This document shows, one piece after another, positions 54,390-64,000 of a stretch of 64,000 bases of DNA (the stretch's first letter is position 1; the number at the start of each line of letters is the position of its first letter). The notes beneath the pieces are model-generated. The model was not told the origin of the DNA. It did not search any database and saw only the letters and a program-made list of their open reading frames with translations. This stretch comes from Octopus sinensis (lineage: Eukaryota): assembly GCF_006345805.1 (NCBI RefSeq), contig NC_043001.1, forward strand, positions 12,834,001 through 12,898,000. The letters run 5' to 3'. Position numbers and translations under genes: made by a program.

Positions 54390-54537
54390 ATAAGAAGAGA
54401 TTAAATGTTTACAATGTTAATATCATTCAAGAATAAGTTTTTTCGCTCTTTGTTTGCAACCTTTTTATAACATATTCAGAAGTAATGTCTTCATATATTC
54501 CACAAGGATTGTCTACTGTATCTTCTTTCTCCCGCAG

Positions 54538-54598
54538 CTGGAATATGTATTTGAAAATCTAGTCTGCAGCTACCTTTATAATAGGTCACTGCAAAGAA
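54538..54598 (+). CDS. Speculative 61-nt internal exon (LEYVFENLVCSYLYNRSLQR)
   Basis: Strong acceptor TCTTCTTTCTCCCGCAG and donor GAA|GTAAGA; only the phase-0 entry frame is open. No homology recognised. Confidence 0.22.
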
Positions 54599-55699
54599 GT
54601 AAGAGATAAACAAGTAGTGTGATAAAGAATGAAACTTAGGAGTAACCATTAAGATGTAATGCAACAACCATTAAAATTAGATGTTTTATATTTATTTCAT
54701 AACGAGGGAACATCATTGCTAATAAGATCAAGAAACCTATGTATTTTATCTATCTTTTGTTACAACAATGCCGGTCACTGGTATGCTAGACTGCTTTATA
54801 TATTGTCTTTTTTTCAGTATGCATATTCCTGTAACATAGATAGAGTATGTTAATGATCTTACATGATATTATTTTGAATAACTGTTCCGGTTATTCTATA
54901 GGCAGAATTATTTATTCATATTAGAAAATGTAAGTCACTAGATTTCTATGATAAACTTGCATATTTAACACTATATTCTGTCAGATTCAGTATGAGGCAG
55001 TATTTGACAAGGCTTCGAATAACCGAGAGGTTACGAAAAATTTCAAATAGCCCGACGTTCACTTAAAACACCCAGTGAAACAGGAGACAAACACAGATGA
55101 TATATTTACTTAAAATATAATATTTAGGGACATTGAAGGATGAAATTCGTGGCTTGAAATCAACTTTTCAATTAAGCAACGATGTATATTTTAGATTGTG
55201 TGGGAAGATATCTACGGTAGATTTCCCTTCAGCATTTCAGCTGCTTAATTCTATGCTTTAAGTTACATGATTTAAGGATTATGTTGAGAATTGGCAAATT
55301 TATGTGTCGGAAAAAAGGACCGTAATGTGGATTCCAGATATTTCAAGTCCGCATTAAAATCATTCCGATGTAATTCTTTCTACTCATCGGTTGAAAATCG
55401 AGGCGTAAAGTAACACAACAAAATAATAACACTGATTTGTTTTTCACTCTCTGAATACAACTTCTTGCGCTATAAAAAAATTTATTAGGGACAACCCATG
55501 CAATCAAATACTTATACACTTTACAAATTAATTTGTAAAATTGCGTAGACATAGGAGTACAAGCATGACGATCGCTTTGCAACTATCTGTTCCAGTGCGC
55601 GTGAATGTGGGCAAATGTCTTCTAACATAACACCAGGCCGAGCAATTCCATGGGAGCGAATTTGGGGATAGTTAGTCTCTCTGGTACTCCATCGTATGT

Positions 55700-56170
55700 C
55701 AGACAAAATGAGATAACAAAGACAAGGGTGTAAGAAGTTTTCATTACATTTATAAGGAAAAGATACAGATATAGTCTTTCAGCTGTTTCTGGGATATTAT
55801 GGATATCCCTTCATCAGAGACAATATGAGATGGTTAAATAGAGGTGAATATTCGAGTTCGAAATAAGGAATTATTATGAAGGAGGAGGAGATAGGGAATG
55901 TAGAGGGTAATAAGAGAATAAAAGTAGAAATTAAGATATAAAATATCTAAAGATAGTGTAGTTGTAGTTCTTTTATTCGAGTAAAGTGTTTTATGGAAGT
56001 TGTAAAAAAGGTTCCTGTAAGTTCCAATAGTAGTTCATGTTTAGTCATTTCAAATTATGGAGCCGTGGATTCTGTGTTGCCCATTCGAAAGGGTCTTGTG
56101 GTAGGAATGGAAATTTGAGACTGTAATGGTAGTATTTGTGGATAGATGTGGTTGGGGAGAGGTGTATGAT
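55700..56170 (-). mobile_element. PLE-type terminal repeat relic
   Basis: Contains a near-canonical hammerhead; the upstream part (HISPHFN..) loosely resembles a GIY-YIG C-terminus. Confidence 0.55.
55774..55821 (-). ncRNA. Hammerhead ribozyme relic (canonical CUGAUGA core; U16.1 changed to A)
   Basis: GTCT-CTGATGA-A-GGGATAT ccata ATATCCC-A-GAAA-CAGCTG-AA-AGAC; stem I GTCT/AGAC. Confidence 0.6.
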
Positions 56171-56659
56171 TAAAATGAGGAGATATGTGAAAATAACAAC
56201 AGGAGGAAAAAATGACAGGAAGAAAGAGAAAAACAATATATGTATGAGTGTATGCGCGTGTGAATGAATGTATGTATATGTATGTATGTACGTGTGTGTA
56301 TATTTGCATGTATGTTTGTATGCACGTTTGTGTGTGAAGGTTTCTCTGCGTATTTGTCAAAGTCCACCGTCTGATAACTGGTGTTATTTTACGTTTACGC
56401 TCCTGAAAAATAGCGGCTCGTAAAAGGAACCCAATGGAATTTTTACCAAAAAAAAAAAAAACGTAACTACAGGAAATATTTCGACAGCACCAGCGAATTC
56501 CAATGACTGAAAATAACTAAATGATACAAAACGGAAGGATATTGAACACTCTCATAATGAAGAACTTTCTGATGACTTAGCTTTATTAATATGAGAAAAT
56601 ATTGTTTCAGTCGGTAGGCAAACGTTTAGCCACCTAATGGTCAACGATATCTTGAATTA

Positions 56660-56996
56660 ATATTATTTATTTTATATAATTTAAGACAAAAAGTTTTCGT
56701 TTTTGGATTTGGTTTGCAAGATTCTTTATATGAGTTCATGTGTTGAAGCATATTCTGTTGTGTCTGGGGAGTGTTATTTTCTTTTGGTACCTTATAATTT
56801 AACACACTTACCGGTAAAATTTCCACTTATTTCTTATTTTTATTTTACTAAAATTTTCGTTGCGTCTTGCTATTGAAAAGGTTGCAAGACGCAACGAAAA
56901 TTTAGGAAAATAAAAATACGAAATAAGTGGAATTTTTACCGGTGTGTGTGTTACAATATAAGGCACAAACAGAAAATGATTCTCCCCAGACACAAC
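56660..56996. repeat. Asymmetric fold-back element P7 centred on a hammerhead-like motif
   Basis: Arms 56757-56870 and 56884-56996 diverged by substitutions; about 100-bp extension on the left. Confidence 0.85.
56870..56906 (+). ncRNA. Minimal hammerhead-like motif, U3-A8 variant
   Basis: CTA-TTGAAAA-G-GTTGC aagac GCAAC-GAAA-ATTT-AG; one T short of the GAAAATTTTAG preserved in the opposite arm. Confidence 0.45.
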
Positions 56997-57377
56997 TAAA
57001 AGGTTTATTTGTGCGAAATGATTGCTGGACATACATAACCAATATTTTCGGGCTTGGCTATCACCACGTGCCTAGACCATGTGAGGGCTTGCTAACCCCT
57101 TCACACAGTTATTTTGTGCACTAAGGGTTGTGTATGAGTACTGATTTCAGATTTTTGCAAGGCTCATTCGCTTTAAAATCTTATGTAATAAACCATTGTG
57201 AAACAAGCCAGACAACATAAATACCAAAATATAATTTTTGATTTATGGAGGCGCAAAGCTGGGAACAAAAACGGGACAGCTGGAGACATACAAGGAAACC
57301 GAACTGAAGAAATACTTTTAATAATTTACCTGAAAATTGTGATTACAAAGTCAGTCATTTTGAGTGGAGGAGATTTT

Positions 57378-57545
57378 AAGTTGATTACATCTGTCCCAGT
57401 GTTAGGCCGTACTTATCTTATCGACACCGAAAAGATGAAAGTCACAGTCGACTTCAGTGGCATTTAATCTCAGAGCGTGAAGGCCGACGAAATGCTGTTC
57501 AGCATTTGATCTGACGTTTTAGACTCTAAAAACTCGCCGCCTTAA
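57378..57545 (-). mobile_element. SINE family B, degenerate
   Basis: TACTTATCTTATCGACACCGAAAAGATGAAAGTCACAGTCGAC..CTCGCCGCCTT. Confidence 0.7.
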
Positions 57546-58620
57546 AAGTACATCAATTAACGAAAACCTCTCCTTCTGCGACATTCTCAAAGGGGTCGAT
57601 AATTAGTTTTCACATACACAAAACAGATTGTGTGATGGAAAGGGCTCCAAAAGTTGCAGAACATTTATATGAACCCTACGTTTTATACAGTCACATTCAT
57701 AAAGAAGAGGAGAAAAAATTCTAATGGGAGTAAAATTAGGGTTAGGGTTGTGCTCATGTAATTATGCTTAAAATTTTCTAATTGACGTGAAAAGTATGAG
57801 TGGCAAATTCACTTTTGATTGAGGCTTATTATTTATAAAATGATTATTTAAACAAAATATTGTTAATTCTCAACGTCAGAATTATTCATCTTTATTTGAT
57901 ATATATATATAGACACACGCAAATCAAACACGTGTATTTTCGCTGGCGGGAACATAGTTACAGTATATAACAATGTATATGATTTAGGGTCTCTTTCTTT
58001 TATTTGTCACTTCGGTATTGGACAAATCTATACAAAAGAAATACTTTCTTGCAGCTAAATAGAATCTATTTCTCGTAACTAAGATTATTTCGTTTGCTGG
58101 ACACGTATAACGAATTAGAAGAAAGAATAATACCATATTCACACACAACACTTTATTTAAGCGGCTGCATATAGAGACATTTATCCATTCCATTATCAAT
58201 TTGAAGAAACACAATTGAAAATTCCAACAAATCTCTTTGGTTCGGCTCTTTATCTGTTACAATAAGCCACATGGAGCCTGTGGCTGTTTTTTTTCCAAAA
58301 ATGCAATTATAAGTAGAAACATTGCATTGGCGATATTTGAAAAAAAGATTGTAGACACAGCAAATTAAGCGAAAGTAATGTCTAATTTCACTGTGTACTT
58401 TCCTTTATATATTTTTATTTAACAAAGTAGCCGGCGTAAATTTAGAGTTTTGAATGATAATATCAACCATCTTATTCCCTAATATCAATATCAAATTTAC
58501 GGTTTTAAATATATATATGTGTGTGTGTGTAGATAGGTAGGTATTATGTACTGTACGGGACGTCCTGTACCCATATACGTATATATATATATATAATATA
58601 TATATATATATATTATATAT

Positions 58621-58659
<39 letters not shown>

Positions 58660-58682
58660 ATATATATATGTATATATATATG

Positions 58683-58753
<71 letters not shown>

Positions 58754-58756
<3 letters not shown>

Positions 58757-59019
58757 AGGCGCAATGGCCCAGTGGTTAGGGCAGTGGACTCACGGTCGTA
58801 GGATCGCGGTTTCGATTCCCAGACCGGGCGTTGTGAGTGTTTATTGAGCGAAAACACCTAAAGGGGTGGTGTACTCTTCCACCACAACTTTCTCTCACTC
58901 TTTCTTCTGTTGGCATGCTCGCTTAGCCAGCGGGGTGGCGTCATTTGAAGGCTAAAAAAATTGCGAAGCGCATTGTGATCAGCGATGTGTAGCAACATCT
59001 GATAGCCTGGTCGATCACG

Positions 59020-59023
<4 letters not shown>
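58754..59023 (+). mobile_element. SINE family C, tail type 3
   Basis: Family C head; tail homologous to 43662-43780. Confidence 0.88.
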
Positions 59024-59061
<38 letters not shown>

Positions 59062-59084
59062 TATATGGGTAGAACGTCACCAAC

Positions 59085-59570
59085 ATTAAACAAGATGGAG
59101 TACGAAAACAAATGAGGTATATACGCAAAAATGGAAAACAGGACAGGCAATACAGCGAACAACCCTTCGTAAGTTGTCAGCTGTCTATCTACCCCAATTT
59201 CGAGAAATCAACAACAATATGAGTCTTCGAAAACAGTTGCTCCCATGAATACCAATAATGGATTTTGGATTTACGGAGGGGCAAAATTGGGAACAAAAAC
59301 AGGACAGCGGTGACATACAAGGAAACGGAACGAAAACACTTATGGAGCATCGTTAGACCAGAACTGAGGGAAAATAGTGAATGCTGAGAGAAGTATTTTC
59401 ATTTAAAAAAGAGAAACGATAGAAGTGAGAAATAGGAGACGTCCAGTCCTTAGAACGTCCGTACAAGAGAAGAAAGATGGTAACATTACGAAAAGAAAGA
59501 CGGACGATGGTCACGTGTGAGCAACAAGAGAGAGAAGAAAAAGATTAAGATAAACTTACTTGCAAATGTA
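59085..59570. repeat. Unclassified interspersed repeat (partial second copy at about 57195-57310)
   Basis: Shared GGAGG.GCAAA..TGGGAACAAAAAC.GGACAGC.G..GACATACAAGGAAAC.GAAC. Confidence 0.55.
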
Positions 59571-59682
59571 TGCGTTGCGTTCGATTGAATAATAATATAA
59601 AGAATATATGTGTATATATATATGTGTGTGTGTATGTGTGTGTGTTTGCGTGTGTATGTGTGCATGTTTGTGTGTCTGTGTT

Positions 59683-60047
59683 TTTGACTGCACCCATGCT
59701 GGGGCACCACCCTTAGTCCAGCAAATCGACTTTGCAAGCCTAGTACGTATTCTATCGGTCACTTTTGCCGAACCACTAGGTTACTGGGACATAAACACAC
59801 CAGTATCGGCTGTCAAGTGATGGTAGGTGACAAACACAGTCATACACGCATATACATCTATATATATATATATAATATTATATATATATATATATATGCA
59901 CACAAATACATATACATATACACACACACACAAAAAAAAAACACACACATACACAAATATATATATGCATTTTTTCCTATATTTTCCTATATATATATAT
60001 ATATATATATATGTAAATATATACTATATATATGTATAATATATCTG

Positions 60048-60093
<46 letters not shown>

Positions 60094-60250
60094 TAGGACG
60101 GGCGTTTCTCTCAGTTACCGCCTACCAAATCCACTCATAATGCCTTGGTCGACTCGCTTCTATAGTAGACGACAATGGCCCAAGCTGCCACACATTGGGA
60201 CTGAACCCAGAGCCATGTGGTTGGGAAGCAAGCCTCCTACCACACAGCCA
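59683..60250 (-). mobile_element. SINE family A with greatly expanded internal microsatellite
   Basis: 3' half at 59683-59830 and 5' half at 60098-60250, separated by about 270 bp of TA/CA repeats. Confidence 0.8.
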
Positions 60251-60331
60251 AGCTGAGCCTATAGGAATATATCTATACGGCTTTATATATATTTACTCAC
60301 ACATATATATATATATATATATATATTACTC

Positions 60332-60383
<52 letters not shown>

Positions 60384-60409
60384 ATTAATCGCTACACGCT
60401 ACACATTCT

Positions 60410-60575
60410 ATATTTTCTCTCCTTGTTTCTTTCTGTAATCCTTTCTGTGGAAGAACGTAGGCTCGAAACGCTAAACACATATTCACTTCTTGAGCGTCAT
60501 ACTAATACATCTGTTTGTCGTCTATACCACCTGTCTTCGTCTTTTTTTGTTGTGAATTTTCCCTATATATATATA
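60410..60575 (+). repeat. PLE-like short repeat with hammerhead-like motif
   Basis: CTGTGGA-A-GAAC gtag GCTC-GAAA-CG at 60445-60470; (TA)n-flanked; homologous to 62145-62290. Confidence 0.55.
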
Positions 60576-60578
60576 TTG

Positions 60579-60616
<38 letters not shown>

Positions 60617-61177
60617 TATGCATGTATTCATTAATGTGTTTGAACATTCGGTTTGTTTTGCAGTGTTAATTTAGCAAGTACTTAATATTGCAAACATTAG
60701 GGTCAACGCTTTGATCTGAGAATAATATCAGCCATTGCCCATTAATCAAGTACTTAATGAGCAACACAGAGGGCGTTACTTTTTCTCCTTTGGTCAATTC
60801 ATAAATACGTTGCATGAAAGTATGTGACCATACTTAATTATATATTTCTTAATGATTTTTGCTTAGCATCAACAACCCAATCACGGCAGACACTCCAACC
60901 ACCAACACACGTCTATAATTACATAGCGTTTGATTTTCTTACATTTTGTCTCAGAGTTCCCGTGGTGGGAGGGCGAAACTATAAACATTAATTATATGAA
61001 CACAGGTATGCTTGCATGCATCTATCCTCCACCCATCCATTCATTAATAACAGACACACGTATATGTGTATTAATGTTATGTATATGTATATATATATAT
61101 ATGTGTGTGTATGTATATGTATATATGTATATATATATATGTATATGTATGTATATATATATGCTATACCATGTATA

Positions 61178-61212
<35 letters not shown>

Positions 61213-61279
61213 AATATATATATATGGCTATATATATATTGTCTATATATATATTTGTATATGTATATATATATATATT

Positions 61280-61324
<45 letters not shown>

Positions 61325-61356
61325 GTGTATGTGTATTATGTATATATATATATATA

Positions 61357-61371
<15 letters not shown>

Positions 61372-61405
<34 letters not shown>

Positions 61406-61412
61406 TAATAGA

Positions 61413-61455
<43 letters not shown>

Positions 61456-61470
61456 AGAGATAGATAGATA
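61372..61470. repeat. (GA)n plus (GATA)n microsatellite
   Basis: Read directly from the sequence. Confidence 0.95.
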
Positions 61471-62144
61471 TGTTTCTTTATTAGCCAAACAGGCTGCACA
61501 CAGATAGAACAAATACAAGGTAGAGCCTTTTCTTTGAAGGTATTTAAAAAAAAAAAAAAAAAAAAAAAGGGGGGGAAGGTTCGATCAAAAGGGATCGTTT
61601 AGATAGATACATAGATAGATAGATATTATATGTTTATATACATATTTGTATATATATATATATTTTTATATGCATATTTATAATAAATTAATATTAGAAT
61701 GGAAAAAGAATAAACATGTCGTGAACTTCATTTGTGTACAAATGCTTCTGCTATTAGATGCAATGCGATCATAGTCAAATGCTGAAGTATTACGCTATGG
61801 CTTCATTGGTGCTTCAAGGACGAAGTGTGCTTCATGTTGGAATCTTCTCTTAAACTATAGGTTGATATCCGAGCATTCAGCTATGCTGTATTGTGTCTCA
61901 TTGTAGAGACATCTGCACACCAATGAAGTTAATAGTATAATTGTTTATTCCTTAGTGATTTCCTGCTCTGTACTCGGCAGCCACTAATTTCTGTAGCCTA
62001 TGCATATTGGGTTTTAATGGCTAGTTCCTTCTATCGCTATGCGGAAGCGATATATATTGATATATATATATAATTGCAACTATATATATGTATATATATA
62101 TATATATATATATAATTGCAACTCCATATATATAGTTGCAATTT

Positions 62145-62290
62145 ACAAAAAACAAAAGACGAAGACAGGTGTGAGAACAACTATAGGCGTATTAGTTTAA
62201 CGCTCGGGAAGGTGAGAAAACATCTTTTTCCGTATCGAGCCTACCTTCTTCAACGGAAAGGAACATGAGAAAATAAACGGAGAATATAAT
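62145..62290 (-). repeat. PLE-like short repeat (60410 family)
   Basis: Reverse complement CCGTTGAAGAAGGTAGGCTCGATACGG..GAGCGTTAAACTAATACGCC..CACCTGTCTTCGTCTTTTG. Confidence 0.6.
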
Positions 62291-62334
62291 AAAGAAAGTT
62301 TCAGTAGATAGCGGTCCATCAGGCAGCAAGTCCA

Positions 62335-62373
<39 letters not shown>

Positions 62374-62736
62374 CAATAATAATAAAGGGTAAAATTATGC
62401 GCATGCATTTTGTTGGCAATTTAACCACCCACGATGATATCAACATTTTTTTTCACACCTGGCGATTCATATCCCGTTTGTTCTATGTTTTATTCCAATC
62501 AAATACTCAATGTCCTTACCAACTTGTTCCCTATTAGTTTTACGGGAGATGTGTGTTGATATAATACATGTAGATATTGTGTTATAGCGATTAGGTGTTA
62601 TTTTACATTGTTGCCTTTGAAATATGTTGTCATCAGGGTCAACAGAAATTATCACCCTCACTCTGCGTTATTTTCCGGTAACATTCTTCTGTTGTTTGCC
62701 AAATTTGATGCACGACCACACACAAACTAAGACATA

Positions 62737-62928
62737 GGCGCAGGAGTGGCTGTGTGGTAAGTAGCTTGTTTACCAACCATATGGTTCCGGGTTCAGTCCC
62801 ACAGCGTGGCACCTTGGGCAGGTGTCTTCTACCATAGCCTCGGGCCGACCAAAGCCTTGGGAGGGGATTTGGTAGACGGAAACTGAAAGAAGCCCATCGT
62901 ATATATGTAGATATATATATATATATGT

Positions 62929-62971
<43 letters not shown>

Positions 62972-63217
62972 ATATATTGCGTGCGTGTGTTTTGTGTGAG
63001 TGTGTTTGTCCCCCTAGCATTGCTTGACAACCGATGCTGGTGTGTTTATGTCCCCGTTACTTAGCAGTTCGGCAAAAGAGACCGATAGAATAAGTACTGG
63101 GCTTACAAAAGAATAAGTCCCGGGGTCGATTTGTTCGATTAAAAGGCGGTGCTCCAGCATGGCCGTAGTCAAATGACTGAAACAAGTTAAAGAGTAAAGA
63201 GTAAAGAGTAAAGAGTA
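62737..63217 (+). mobile_element. SINE family A, full length with (GAGTAAA)n tail
   Basis: Complete copy ending AAAGAGTAAAGAGTAAAGAGTAAAAGAG. Confidence 0.93.
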
Positions 63218-63529
63218 TGTCTATGCACGTGTGCGCTTATTGGTGATCGATCGAATCTCGTCGGAATTGGTAGTTTGTCAATCTGATTTATTATTTTCTT
63301 GATAGAAACTCTATGCATGAGATGTTAGCCGCTATATGAAACTTGTTTTATGATTGTCCGAGACCAGGGTGTTGTAAATCTTGCAGAAATGATGGTCACA
63401 TTCATTATTGGAACAACGTTTCTCGTCGTTCTTCTGCCATCGAATTACTTTGGTTTGAAACAGCAATCAGACCGAAATACGAACTTTACATGCGTTGTAA
63501 ACAATTGCTTATGCATTATGTACCTGTTT

Positions 63530-63944
63530 ACTCTTTTACTCTTTTACTTGTTTCAGTCATTTGACTGCGGCCATGCTGGAGCATCGCCTTTTTTAGTCGA
63601 GCAAATCGACCCCGGGACTTATTCTTTGTAAGACCAGTACTTATTCTATCGGTCTCTTTTGCCGAACCGCTAAGTGACGGGGACGTAAACACACCTGCAT
63701 CGGTTGTCAAGCAATGCTAGGGTGACAAACTCAGACAAACAAACATATACACCCACATACATATATATGTATACATATATACGACAGGCTTCTTTCAGTT
63801 TCCGTCTACCAAATCCACTCACAAGGCATTGGTCGGCCCGGGGCTATAGCAGAAGACACTTGCCCAAGATGCCACGCAGTGGGACTGAACCCGGAACCAT
63901 GTGGTTGGTTAGCAAGCTACTTACCACACAGCCACTCCTGCGCC
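63530..63944 (-). mobile_element. SINE family A, full length
   Basis: Complete reverse-oriented copy, tail-to-tail with 62737-63217. Confidence 0.93.
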
Positions 63945-64000
63945 TATGTATGTTGTAAAATGAAATATATTTCGTAAAATATTATTGAATGACACTTCGG

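Noticed and set aside
56569-56600. Hammerhead (CTGATGA...GAAA)
   Set aside because: No pairing for stem II between the two core halves.
63385-63525. Signal-peptide-like ORF MMVTFIIGTTFLVVLLPS (or WD40-like DGHIHYWN in another frame)
   Set aside because: Two frames are open, there is no convincing splice donor, the ORF runs into a SINE, and I recognise no homology.

Overview
AT-rich, repeat-saturated animal genomic DNA, most likely an octopod cephalopod (inferred from recognising the SINE families; not verified by a search). I find no intact, confidently identifiable host gene, and almost all ORFs in the supplied track are (TA)n/(CA)n microsatellite or SINE read-through artefacts. Supported content: three tRNA-headed SINE families (called A, B and C here, about 30 copies or fragments); a young 5'-truncated CR1-type LINE; an RTE-type LINE 3' relic; several Tc1/mariner relics (one full-length Tc1, one maT-like, one internally deleted mariner); a TTAGGG-containing MITE family; two non-autonomous Helitron-like elements; and many Penelope-like (PLE) relics carrying hammerhead-ribozyme motifs. 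The most unusual signal is a set of seven long fold-back palindromes (arms about 75-510 bp). In two families both arms share copy-specific variants and the fold-back point differs between copies. Two PLE-type families carry a U3-A8 hammerhead core variant. SINE A shares its 3' stem-loop tail with the CR1 LINE, and SINE B forms permuted tandem multimers. Some palindrome arms differ only by 1-nt indels, so assembly or sequencing artefacts must be excluded with raw reads.
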